Below are positions 13,501-28,300 of a DNA stretch of 64,000 bases, in pieces. The translations under genes and the position numbers were made by a program. The notes beneath the pieces were generated by a model. That model made no database searches. It was given only the letters and a program-made list of their open reading frames with translations, and was not told the origin of the DNA. Each line of letters begins with the position of its first letter. Position 1 is the stretch's first letter. This DNA comes from Eledone cirrhosa (taxonomy: Eukaryota): NCBI GenBank assembly GCA_964016885.1, contig OZ024743.1, positions 193,502,001 through 193,566,000 of the forward strand, in the 5' to 3' direction.

Positions 13501-15423
13501 CAACTCATTAAAACCTTTTCAAAGTATAAAATAAGAAATGCAGTGCACTGCTACTCAAAAGCAATTCCCTTAACCTATCAATATGTTAATCTCTAAAATC
13601 AATATGTATTTGCTCTATATAGCAACCTACAAATGACCTATATATATATATATATATATATATGTATACCCTCGTGCACTGCAATGGTTTCATGGCGTGA
13701 AGTGACTGAGAGTACAAGACTCTCCCCTGGACAGGGCGCCAGTCTATCGCAGGGTGAAACCACCAGTTATTGCTGGTACTCATTTTCAGCTGAGTATACT
13801 GGAGCAATGTGAAATGAAGTGTTTTGCTCAAGAACACAACATGCAACCCAGCCCAGGAATCAAACCCATGACATTACGATCATACGTCCAACATTCTTAC
13901 CACTAGGCCAGTAGCGTGCAGGGAAGTGGGGGTGACGGTGCCTTGGCCCTGGGCATCCTTTGGATGGGGGCATCATTTGGGGAAAAGAACTTAATAAATT
14001 TGATTGATTTATATTAAAATCGAATAAAGCGTTTATTTCATGTTTCATCTGTGTTTATATATTCAAAATGTTTTCCTTTCTCATAATATTTCTCAGTATA
14101 TTAGGCCTTATACTTGAGTCTTTGGGCATACAATCAAGATTTGCCCGGGCATCACCAGAGCTCTGCACGCTGCTGCACTAGGTCATGTGCCTTCACAATA
14201 TATATTGTGTTGCATGTTGTGTTCTTGAGCAAAACACTTCGTGAAGGTGCATGGCTTAGTGGTTAGAGCATTGGGCTTGCAATCAAAAGGTTGTGAGTTC
14301 AATTCTCGGACCGGGTGATTTGTTGTTTCCTTGCGCAAGACACTTTATTTCACATTGTTCCAGTTTACTCAGCTGTAGAAATGAGAGTCCCTATCATTCC
14401 ACTGCAAAGTGGTCATGGATGTGCCACGTCAAAAAAGCACCCAGCCTACACTGTAAAGTGGACGTGTAGGCACCACGGAAATAGAAGATAAATAGAAAGA
14501 AAAAAGTGATGAGAGGAAGGAACAGGGGAAAATGAAGAAAAGAAACTTATGAATTCAATGAAAATATAGGAATTCCAGATGCATAAAATAAATGTAACAA
14601 TAGTCGACAATAGCTTAGAAAATTGGAAAAAATGTCCCTAGAGATGGAAAAAAAGTGGCCAACTATACACAAGATTTTTTATTTTTCAAAAGAGTTTTAT
14701 TACATGTGTACATGTTGTAATCAATAATATTTGACATATTTGAAACTATTATACTACTATATATACTAATTTACAAGTTACACCAATAGATATGTCACAC
14801 CTTCATTTAATGTACAACATTTACAATGTACCATATATTTTGAACTGAAGCAAGTAGTTAGAATGTCCCATAAAAGAATTGCTGGACAGATTTTACAGGC
14901 AAAACAACTGGCAGGAAACCCAAGGGTAGACCCTGAGCAAGATGGTTGGTTGGTTTTACTAGGGGATCCAGCCAGATCAGTTGGAGACAGTTGCTTTTGA
15001 CAGGACCCGCTGGAAAGAGCGTTTGAGGACTCTGCCCTCACAACCCTCTCAGGAATACGCGAGCAAAGAAGAAGGTTTTGTAATTCTATTAGATAAATGG
15101 CTTGCTGCTTTTCCACACTGTATTTCCGTGGAAAAAAAAAAGAAAAAAAAAAGATGTGACTTACACAAGAGTACAAGAGTATATATATATATATGCCCAA
15201 GTCCATCTCAACAGCTGATGACCCTGAAGTTTTGTGTCCTTCATTTGTATTTTTATTTTAAAAAAAATTTAAGGTTTCCTCTTGAAATATTATTTTTCGT
15301 TTTGTTTCCGTTCATTGTTTTGTCCTCTATTTGTTAATTTTCTAGCTGTCAAAACGACTGGAGCTCAGCCGCCAGGGTCCTGAATCTTTTCATATATACA
15401 TATATACACATAAATATATATAC

Positions 15424-15470
<47 letters not shown>

Positions 15471-18400
15471 GTACAGGGAGTTGTTTCTGATTGAAAAATT
15501 ATTTAGTGCGTCTTCTTTCACCAATAAATAAATCATGTAGTTTAAAATAACCACTTCTTTTGTTATCTACTTAATATGTTTACCATTCTTACAAGACAAC
15601 TGAAAGTCAGAAACATTTCAACATACCAGATGTGATAAAATGAAAGAAATTGAATTCTTAATGAAGACTTATTAACGTCAGCATTAATTTTAATCCAAAC
15701 AAGAAAATTAAAAAAAATTTCTTTGTTTTTTAAACTTAGATTAATGAAGAGCCACTAATACATTTGTGACTTAAGATAACATAATCTTATTTAATGTAGT
15801 GGTGTGAGAAGATTATCATTAAGTAATGTAGCAGCTACATTTAAGTGTAAGGTATGTATGGAGGATGTTAAACTGGATCTTGGAAATGGTGTGAAGATGG
15901 AAGGTGTGAAAATATTTTGTTACCTAGGAGACATGTTGAATTAAGAAGGTAGATCAGACTTGGTGATGGTGGCTAGAATGAGATCTATATGAATATGTAT
16001 ATGGAAGAAGTTCCATGGACTGAGTGGTGTGCTAATGAGGAGGTGATTGCCACTGAAACTGAAGGGAAAGGTGTATTCTGCATGTTCTGCTATGATTTAT
16101 AGAATTGAGACCTATGTGATGAATGTGGAACAGAAAGAAGGGAAATGAGAATGGATTGGTGGATGAGTGGAGTATGAATTATGGAGGTTGATGGGAATAG
16201 AACCAATGATGAATATTTGAAGAGAAATTGAATGAAATGGCTGGGTCATGTGTTGAAGAATGTTGAAAGTGATATGAGTGAGAGCAATAATAGAAATAAT
16301 TGTGGAAGGAAATAGAAGAATTTGCAGACGATATAGCAAAATGGAGAAGTTTGTCATGGGGGCCCAGAAAGCTAAACCCAGCTTTAGTAAGGAAAATGGC
16401 CTTAAAACACTTGTTATTAAGGTGGCTTTTGTTTCTTTCATTTGTTTAAAAATGTATTTTCGACATTATTTCAGAATTTAAACTGACAAGTATATTAAAT
16501 ACTAATTATTTCTTAGAATATTTAAATTTGAATTTAATACTCTGTTATCATGGAGAGATATTTATTGAATTTAGTTACAGTATTCCAACTCAAATGTATA
16601 ATATATACACAATTCTTGTTCTATTGCTTCTAGGTAAGATAATTAATTCTACATGTTCAAACTGTGGAAAATAAGCAACGAGAATTCTTAGAATGTCTGT
16701 GACAGGTTGGCATCTTATTAAAATAACTATTTAACCCTTTTCATACAAAATTGCCTGAAACCACTCATATTTTTATTAAATTTACAATGAAAATTATTGT
16801 GTACAGTGTTCAGGTGCACTACAACTCATCAAAGGTGCATGTATAGTACATAAAATAATGTACAAATGTCAGGAAAGTGAACAGTGTATGAGTCATGATA
16901 TACACATAGATACATATGTGCGTGTGTATGGAAGGGGGAATATCAGGTGTAGTGTTGCTGAATTTCAGGAAGTATGGAAATTTTGAAGGATCCAGTGTCC
17001 TGACAGTTAACAACCTATGCCGGTAGTTTGTTCCATGCTTCAGCAACTCTGAGTGCCAAAAGATGTTTCCAAAAGTCATGGGAGCTGTTCTGTTTTCTGA
17101 TTTTGTAAGCATGTCCACAGATCTTAGACATATGGAATTCAAAAAGGTGCTCAGGGTTGTTGTTGGAAAGATGGTTAATAATCTTATGATATGTAGCTGT
17201 TTATTTTAAAGTGATATTTATTAAAAACCTTCCATCATAATTTTATGTAAGAACCTTTATTAAGTTATGCTCCAAACATTGGCTCAATAAGTTAAAGTTA
17301 TATTACTAAAGATAAATATCATCATCATTGCTGAGAAAGTTAAATTATATTACTAAACCCCACTAAATTCTTGATTATTTTCAAAATAATTGGAAAATTA
17401 TAGACAGTGTCTTTCATTAAAATTATGGTAATGAGGGGGTTAATTTGACAAAGCTCAAAGCTTGGCAGCAAGTTCACATGATTTTATTTAGTACATTAAT
17501 ATACAAAATCCCACAGTTTTACATTGTTTCCAAACTGCATCATTTCAACTTAATAAGTGTAAGCACATGAAAGAGAGCATGTCATGTCAACCCAGTGTTG
17601 TTTGAATTATTCTCATTACCAGAATATAAACTATCAGCATGAATGGAGTATGTCGATAACATATTTATCTTGAGTCACGACAAAAAAGCACCCAGTCCAC
17701 AATGTAAAGTGGTCATGTAGGTGTCACAACAAAAAGCACCCAGCACACACTGAAATGCAGTTGGCATTAAGAAGGGCATTCAGCAGTAGAAATCTAGCCA
17801 GAAACAGTTCTTTATCAGCAGGACATGGTCACCTAATCTGATTTGCCTCAAATGGGACAGCCTGTCTAACCCATGCTAGCGTGGAAAGTGGAATTTAAAA
17901 AGCAATGATGATGATATTTATCTTTAGGGACCATATCTATCAATGTTACCAAAAAAAAAAAAGTTATATTTTATGCTATATTTATCTATTAAAAACACAG
18001 GACACAAGGGGAGTAAACCCAAACCAAAACACAAATTATAACATATGCATGTAAATCTTAACTAATAATTATTGTTATAAATGGTAATTATATTTTAGTC
18101 TAATCCCTAAAACCCTTTAAAACAATGCAGCACATAGAATTTTCTATTTCCTTCTCTTTATATCATCTAAGACCTTCTGTTTATGCTACAAAACAATATC
18201 AAAATGGTTAATAGAGGATTATTGCCCTTGACATGATTAAGGTTTCTGTTTCAGATTTTGCATATATTTTAGGTTTGAGGAGAAAGCATGAGACTAAAGA
18301 AAAATGTCAAATGCAGTTATGTTTAATTTCAAAGAATTTAAATCGTAACAATTCTTTTGAAGTTAATATTTCTTTTTGTTTTGATAATATAGCTGTCGAA

Positions 18401-19501
18401 ATGACCGAAGCTCAGTCGCCAGAGTCCTGACTCTATTCCTATTACACAACACACACATATATACATATATTTATATATATAAGTAGAAGGGGTATTTAAT
18501 TTGTTGGAAGTCCGACAAATATCCAGTGAATTTCCAACCAATAAGGTATGATTTTCATGGGTACGTCTCTATTGATAAAACAAACTTTGTATTTTATCTG
18601 ATGAAAGCGTACCAATGTTGTCTTGGTACCCTTGAAATATATATAATAAAATAAATATGGTTTTATAAATATAGTTTCCATTTATTTAATATCATTGTAT
18701 ATATATATATATAGGCAACACGGTAAAAACCTCCCAGACCCACACTGTAAATGTGGTTGGTGTTAGGAAGGGCATCCAACTGTAGAAAACCTGCCAGACA
18801 GTCCTATGCGAGCAAGACAATCACTCTTGCCTCAAGTGGGACTACCCCCGTCCAAACCCATGCAAGCGTGGAACACGGACGTTAAACGTTGATGATGATG
18901 ATGATGATGATGATATATATACATATATAGATATATACATACATATATACATACATACATAGATATATATACATACATATATATATATACATACATACAT
19001 ACATACACATACATATATATACACATACATATATACATACACACACACATATATATATATATACACATATACATACATATACACATATACATATATATAC
19101 ACATATATATGTATACATATAAATATATGCATACATATATACATATAAGTATATGCATATATATATATATATATACATATACATGTGAAGGCGCATGACT
19201 TCGTGTTTAGAGCATTGGGCTTGCAATCGAAAGGTTGTGAGTTCAATTCTCGGACCGGGTGATGCATTGTTTCCTTGAGCAAGACACTTTATTTCACGTT
19301 GCTCCAGTTTACTCAGCTGTAGAAATGAGATGAGGAGGTACCGGCCTGCCCGCCCAGCCAGTGGGATGGCGTTATCTTATGGCTAAAACAGCACGACGTG
19401 CTGTGACCGGCGGCGCCGAATGGACGCCCGACAGACTGGTCGGTCAAGGTGATATACATATACATATATACATATACATACATATATATACATATATATA
19501 T

Positions 19502-19566
<65 letters not shown>

Positions 19567-19690
19567 CACATATATATGTATACATGTACATATATATATA
19601 CACACACATATATGTATATACATATATATATATACATATATGTATATACATATATATATGCATACATACATATATATATATATATACACA

Positions 19691-19722
<32 letters not shown>

Positions 19723-19827
19723 CATATGTATATATATATATATATACACATATATATATATACATACATATATATATACATACATACATATATATATATA
19801 CATATATATATATATACACATATATAT

Positions 19828-19892
<65 letters not shown>

Positions 19893-19972
19893 CATACACA
19901 TATATATGTATACATGTACATATATATATACACACACATATATGTATATACATATATATATATACATATATG

Positions 19973-20050
<78 letters not shown>

Positions 20051-20191
20051 CATATGTATATATATATATATACACATATATATATACATACATATATATA
20101 TATACATATATATATACATACATACACATATATATATACATATATATATACATATATATACATATATATATACACATATATATATACATAC

Positions 20192-20222
<31 letters not shown>

Positions 20223-20769
20223 CATACATATATATATATACATATATACATATATATATATATATATGTATATATATACATATATATCATCATCATCATC
20301 ATCATCGTTTAACGTCTACTTTCTACGCTTGCATGGGTTAGACGGGTTTGTCCCATTTGAGGCAAGTTGGGTCGTGTGACTGTATATAGGTGTGTATATC
20401 TTTTGCCAATGTATAATCAGCTAATGATATATAAGAATTTGCCGAGAAATGGAAAAATCAGTGCTTTTACAAATGAGATCTTTTGAGATTTTGTTGTGCA
20501 TTGAGTTAGAGTAGAACTGCAGTGAAACGGTGATTGGTTCATTGGAAAGATGTGACCAATGATGCTATTCTTCATAAATTGCAATATGAAATAAATAACT
20601 GCAACGAGAAGGAGAGAGAAAGGGAGAGAAAGAGATGGTGTGGGGTGCTGGGGGTGAGGATAAGAGTGAAATTGGTAATGTGTAAAGACTGACCAAGAAA
20701 GATTAGATGAGGTTTACAAAGTTAATGTTGTTTGACAAGTTAAAGGTTGGAAATAAAATGGATCTGCTC

Positions 20770-20805
<36 letters not shown>

Positions 20806-21014
20806 GGGTGGGTAAGGGAGAGGCAAAGAGAGGGGGAAAAGAGATATTGCTTACTAATAGGCTTAAGAAGGGAGATAATATATCTATATCTATCTGTTTC
20901 TCTATCTCTCTCTATATATACAAGGAGTCCCAAAAGTATACACACTTCAACAGCATTCTAATAAATAGTGCCTGTACTGGTAATGAAAGTATGTATACAT
21001 TTTTTGGGAACACC

Positions 21015-21081
<67 letters not shown>

Positions 21082-21186
21082 TGATATATATATATGTATA
21101 TCATATATACATAAGTATGTATGCATCGATGTATGTATGTGTATATATACACATACATACTTGCACACACACACATACTTGCACAT

Positions 21187-21221
<35 letters not shown>

Positions 21222-24200
21222 GATACATACACATATATATATACATATTTATAGTTGAGGGTCATAAAGAAGCTGAAGGATAACAACGCTGCCATGTAGT
21301 TAACTGAGAAATCAAGAGAAAACAAAAAGGTTGATACCAGGCCAACATACTACATAAGAACACTGCTTATTGATAGTCTAAAGTTTGTCTGAAGCCATAA
21401 GGCTCGTCATGACAGAGCTTATCCTGGTATCATGGCGTGAAATGACTGAGAGCACAAGACTTCCCCCTGGACAGGGCACCAGTCTATCGCAGGGTGAAAC
21501 CCCCAGCTATTGCTTGTACTCATTTTCAACTGAGTATACTGGAGCAACGTGAAATGAAGTGTTTTGCTCAAGAACACAACACACAACCCAGTCCAAGAAT
21601 CGAACCCATGGCATTATGATCGTAAGTACAAACACTTAATGGTTAGTAATGTATGAACGTATGGACCTGTAACTCCTGATGGTGTCATAGGGGTTCTGTG
21701 GTGACATATGATTGTTGTAAACATTTACAGGAAACTAAAGTAAAAGCTGTTATTTTTAATGTAATGCAGTCATTGTACTGTTTTGTACTTTTCAAGAATA
21801 TCTTGCTAATGCAATTTAATAATTCAAATGTTTATAGTATCTTTACTAATGGACAGATTGGCATAAACTTTTGCAGTCATAGTGCTGTTTTGTACTTTAC
21901 AAGAGTGTTTTACTGATGTGGTTTGTTAATTCAAGTGTTTATAATATCTTTACTAGGGGACAGATTGTTATGAAAATGTGTAGTATTTAATTATAGGCTT
22001 TAATTTTCAATATGATGTCTGGGTCGGATTTAATGGGGGGAAAAGGGGGCAATTTCCCTTGGCCCCATGCAGTGGGAGACCCCACCAGCGACGGCCATAA
22101 CAATTTATTTGTGCCCTCAGCTGGGACTTTTAGTTTTAGGATGGTTAGAACTTTTTAAAATTAATACTTGTATGTATACCTTTTCAATTTCAATTACTTG
22201 TGCCCAGCTAACTTTGATATGTAAAATTGGGGGGGGGGGGCTTGCTGTGTATTCTAATTTTTTGTGTATGAAGCCCCCCCCCCGTCTAAATCCATCCCTG
22301 GATGCAGTCATAGTGCTGTTTTGTACTTTACAAGAATGTCTTACTGATGTGGTTTGTTAATTCAAATGTTTATAATATCTTTACTAGTTGACAGATTGCT
22401 ATGGAAATATGTAATTTTAATGGTGGATTGGCAGTATCGGTGGAGCGTCGGACACCATGTTTTAACGCAAAGAGTTACGGCCCTTCCCATTCTGAGTTCA
22501 AATCCCGCCGAGGTTAACTTTGCCTTTCATCCTTATGGAGTCGATAAAATAAAGTACCAGTAATGTACTGGGTATTTTCTGGCCTTGTGCTCAAAGTAGA
22601 AAAAATTAATGTAAAGGCTTTGATGGTTAATGTGATGCAGTCAAAATGTTGTTTTGTACTTTACAAGAGTGTCTTGCTGATATGGTTTCATGTGGTACAG
22701 AATGTAAACTGTTAATACAACAACAACAACAACAACAACAGCAGCAGCAGCAGCAACAGTGTTATAAATAAAGCTGAAAGCTTACCTAATCAAAGCATTA
22801 ACTCCCTCATCTTGGTCTGAAGCCCTCACAGTAACAATGGAAGAGTTTCCATGTTGGTTTTCATCAATGTAACCTATATAGTGTGGTTGCAAGAAGACTG
22901 GGGTGTTATCATTGATATCCTGCACTTCAATGTTCACAGTACCTGTACCAGTCAATGGTGGGGAACCTAAGATAAATAGATAGACAGAGAGACATGCATG
23001 ATTAATTTATATCATTAATATAACAACTTACAATAGATAGATAGAAAGACAAGCATAATTAATTTGCAGCCTTCATCATTAGTATAATGACACACACACA
23101 CATACATATACATTTATATATATATATAGAGAGAGAGATTATGTTACTCAACACAATTTTAAATATATATATATGTGGTGTGTGTGTATCTGTATATATA
23201 TATATATCATCATCATCATCATCATCATCACCATCATTTTACGTCCGCTTTTCCCTGCTTGCAAGGGTGGGACAGGAACTGATTCTGGCTTGATTTCTAC
23301 AGCTGGATGCCCTTCCTAACACCAACCTCATTTACAGTGAGTGCTGGGTGCTTTTTTGCCGTGGCACCTACACGACCACTTTGCAGTGGAATGATAGGGA
23401 CCCCAGTCTGGGGTCCTTATCATCTCATTTCTACAGCTGAGTAAACTGGAGCAATGTGAAATAAAGTGTCTTGCTCAAGTACACAACACATCACCCAGTC
23501 TGAGAATTGAACTCACAACCTTTCGATTGCAAGGCCAATGCTCTAACCACTAAGCCATGTGCCTCCCATGTATATATATATGTAGTGTATCATCATCATC
23601 ATCATTTTACGTCCGCTTTTTCCCTGCTTGCAAGGGTGGGACAGGAACTGATTCTGGCTTGATTTCTACAGCTGGATGCCCTTCCTAACACCAACCTCAT
23701 TTACAGTGAGTGCTGGGTGCTTTTTTGCCGTGGCACCTACACGACCACTTTGCAGTGGAATGATAGGGACCCCAGTCTGGGGTCCTTATCATCTCATTTC
23801 TACAGCTGAGTAAACTGGAGCAATGTGAAATAAAGTGTCTTGCTCAAGTACACAACACATCACCCAGTCTGAGAATTGAACTCACAACCTTTCGATTGCA
23901 AGGCCAATGCTCTAACCACTAAGCCATGTGCCTCCCATGTATATATATATGTAGTGTATCATCATCATCATCATTTTACGTCCGCTTTTTCCCTGCTTGC
24001 AAGGGTGGGACAGGAACTGATTCTGGCTTGATTTCTACAGCTGGATGCCCTTCCTAACACCAACCTCATTTACAGTGAGTGCTGGGTGCTTTTTTGCCGT
24101 GGCACCTACACGACCACTTTGCAGTGGAATGATAGGGACCCCAGTCTGGGGTCCCTATCATCTCATTTCTACAGCTGGTTAAACTGGAGCAATGTGAAAT

Positions 24201-25234
24201 AAAGTGTCTTGCTCAAGTACGCAACACATAACCCGGTCTGAGGATTGAACTCACGACCTTTCGATTGCAAGGCCAATGCTCTAACCACTAAGCCATGTGC
24301 CTCCATATATACATATATATACACATACATATATATATTTTACAAATGATGATGATGATGGTGAATATACAACTAGACTAAAAAAATATTTTCTAGCTAG
24401 TTAACATTAGTTAATCATTAATCTGATTGGTCCACCCACTTTACTTTAGTGAGGTACAACAAGGGAGGGAGATAGATGTGGGAGAAGAATTTATTTCATT
24501 ATTAGTTTCTTCATGGTAATCATAATAAAAGTCAACTGTAGAATCATATTTAATCTATTTATTTTATAGCAATGAAGATAATAAAAATCATAAACTTCAT
24601 AAACATTAAATAAATTAGCCAGGAAATGTTTGTATTATTGTTTTTTCTCTCTCTTAACTCTTCTTCTATTTGGCTAATTTTCAGTATATATAATTATTTA
24701 CTTTGGTAAATACTGGCTCTGGATCTTAAACACGATGTCCAGTCCTACCAAAGACATTGCATGAATGTGTGTGTGCAGTATGTACAATGTATGTGTAGTG
24801 TTTCTGTGTGTATTATATATATATATATATATCAAGTTTAATATAAAAATTGCTTCTATAGGAACATAACTGTTTCATTCAGAAGAAATCATTGGGAAAG
24901 CACTTTCCTGATGATTTCTTCTGAATGAAACAATTCTATTACCTTACTAACTGTGGTTACCCCTGATTGTACCCAAGACTCATATATACATTATATATAT
25001 ATATAGTAAGAATATTTTCGAAACAGTGAGCGAGTTTGAAATTAGAAATATAAGCTATCGCCGTATTTTGACTAAAGAAATTAAAGAAATTATTTATGAG
25101 TATTGACGTATGTACGTCAATACTCATCTTTTTCCATTTCTCCGAGGGTTCTTAACCCCACTATCAGGCTAAATAATTTCTTTAATTTCTTTAGTCAAAA
25201 TACAGCGATAGCTTATATTTCTAATTTAATATAT

Positions 25235-25270
<36 letters not shown>

Positions 25271-25353
25271 GTTTAACGTCCATATTCCACGCTTGCATGG
25301 GTTTGGACGGGAGTTTTCCCACTTGAGGCAAGAGTGGTTGTCTTGCTTGCATA

Positions 25354-25388
<35 letters not shown>

Positions 25389-28300
25389 TTTATATATATA
25401 TATATATACATTTATACATATATATATATATGCATGTGTTTGAGGGGGGAATGTAGAATGAGAGACAAGGGCAATGATGTAGGAGATGACGGCACACACA
25501 AACATTATTTGTTAAGATTCTTACCTGAATCAGTAGCTATAACAGTAAGTCTATAGGTAGATAGAACTTCTCGATCAAGCTTTCGGCTAGCAGTAATTTC
25601 TCCTGAGCTTGAATTGATTTGAAAGATATTTCGGTCACCATCGCGAATAGCATACATTATCTTGCTGTATAAATGAGAGTCATCATCTCTCGCTGATAAT
25701 ATTGTAACATGGACAGGTAAATTTTCCATATCCTCTTGGACATAAGCAAGATAAGGTGAATCAACAAATATAGGAGCATTATCATTGATGTCAACAATGG
25801 AGATATAGACAGCTGCTGTATCATTGCGAGCTTCAACCCCATTATCCTCACACTGAATAATAATGTGATAAGACTTTTTCCGTTCATAATCCAATTGCTT
25901 TTGTATCCGTAACAACCCACTGCTCTGATCAAGGCTGAAATCTTGGTTATCATCACCTTCAATGATAAAATACCTAGCAGGGAAGAGATTAAATAACATT
26001 AATATATAGAAACTGTGAATAGTAGAAAGCAGTTTGATGTTTCGATGAATATCAGAAATGATATAATTAATGTTGCTTCATCATTACATGGAAATATAAT
26101 ATGGAAACTTGAAGGGGGAAATGGTTATTTTCGATTAGCAATGTAGTAATGAATATGTTTGATTATAGATAGAACTAGATATAAGTATTGGAAAAGATAA
26201 TAATAATGGTTTCAGATTTAGGTACAAAGCCAACAAATTACTGATACTTTATTTTATCAACCCTGAAAAGATGAAAGGCAATGTTAACCCCAGCAGGGTT
26301 TGAACTCAGACTGTAATGCTGCAAAGCATGTTTTCCAATGATTTACCAATAATAATAAATACAATAATAATGGTTTCTGATTTAGGTACAAGGCCAGCAA
26401 TTTGAAGGGGAGGGGATAGTCGATTAAATCGACCCCAGTGCATTACTGGTTCTTTATTTTATTGACCTTGTAAGGCTGAAAGGCAAAGCTAACCCCAGCG
26501 GGATTTGAAACCAGAACGTAAAGGGGAGCAACTCCATGCTACAGAGCATAGTGTCCAACGCTCTACCAATACTGCCAAAATAATAATGCTTTCTGATATC
26601 AGCACAAGGCCGACAAATTACTAGTGCTTTTATTGACCCTGCAAGGATGAAAGGCTAAGCTAACCCCAATTTGAACTCAGACTGTAATGCTGCAAAGCAT
26701 GTTTTCCAATGCTTTACCAATAATAATAAACATAATAATAGTGATGTTAATAATTGTTTCTAATTTAGGCACAAGGCCAGCAATTAAGGGGGAGGGGAAA
26801 GTCCATTAAATTGATCCCAGTACATTACTGGTGCTTTATTTTATCGACCCCATAAGGATGAAAGGCAATGCTAACCGTGGCAGAATTTGAACTCAGAACG
26901 TAAGGGCCGTAACTCCATGCCACAAAGCATGATGTCCGACGCTCTAATGATACTGCTGATCCACTGATAATAATAAAAAAGAATTGCTGATTTATGCACA
27001 AGGCCAGTAATTCTAGGGGTAGGGAAAAGTATTAGCCCCAGTACTTGACTGGTACTTTCTTTTATCAATTCTGGAAGGACAAAAGGCAAAATTGACCTTG
27101 GTGAGATTTTAATTCAGAAAGTAAAGGGCTGTAACTAGATATCACAATGAATGAATAGAGGAGTGAAAAATGTGAGATAGTGAAAAGTAGATGTTGCCCA
27201 TTGGTAGTCAGTAGTTAGTAGTAGGTTGTATAGAGAGCAGCATGGTTATTGTGATGGGATAGCAATAGAGGTAGATATAGCACCTTCACCTATCACCTAT
27301 TGTATGGCTCTCTCTTACAGTTCTACCTCTACTGATGAATTATGACCTATGCTTACGGAGGCACTCCGTCGGTTATGACAAGTATTCCAGTTGATCAGAT
27401 CAATGGAATAGCCTGCTCGTGAAATTAACATGCATGTGGCTGAGCATTCCACAGAATGCATACCCTTTATGTAGTTCTCAGGGAGATTTAGTGGGACACA
27501 GTGTGTCACAAGGTTGGTCCTTCGAACTACAGGTACAACTCATTTTTGCCAGCTGAGTAGACTGGAACAATGTGAAATAAAGTGTCTTGCTCAAGGACAT
27601 AATGCGCCGCCAGGAATCAAACTCATGCCTTTACGATTGTGAGCTGAATATCCTAACCACTAAGCCACGCGCCTTCACTATGCTTATACTACAGATATAA
27701 AACACGTGTAACATTGAACTTTCAATCTCTCATAAAATAGCATATAATTCAAGTAATACTCACCGAACCATTCCATTGAGACCGATGTCAAGATCTGTTG
27801 CAGTAACTCGCAATAGAATGGTACCAACAGGCTTACTTTCACTTATGTTTGCCTGATATTGCTTTGGTAAAAATACTGGGTTATTATCATTTTCATCTTT
27901 TACATGTACAACGATGTCAATAGTTGACGACAACGCAGGTGTCCCACCGTCAGTTGCTTTGATGGTCAAATAATAGGTATCTTGAGACTCTCTGTCCAAA
28001 GATGACATCAACCTTAAACTTCCGTCATCTGGTCTTATAGAGAATGGACCAGAAGATGAAATAAGGGAGTATTTGATTTCTTGATTGGGTCCATCATCAT
28101 CGTCATCTATTGCCTTAACGTTGTACACGACCGTATTAATCGGAGCATTTTCTTCCACCCATATTTCAGTTGGAGAAATAAACCGTGGAGCGCAGTCATT
28201 GACATCAGAAACTAAAATTGTCACCTGGAATGGAAAAAGGGAATTATTAATTAAAGGTAAGAGACTAGTGTGTATGTGTTCAGGGTTGGATTTAATGGGG

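Noticed and set aside
14245-14315. tRNA genes (also 19186, 46276, 63713)
   Set aside because: tRNA-like A/B boxes run into SINE bodies and lack a proper acceptor stem
18832-21325. Many long Y/I/C/M-rich ORFs (also 58474-59206 and 63190-63774)
   Set aside because: Translations of TA/CA microsatellites, open in several frames on both strands
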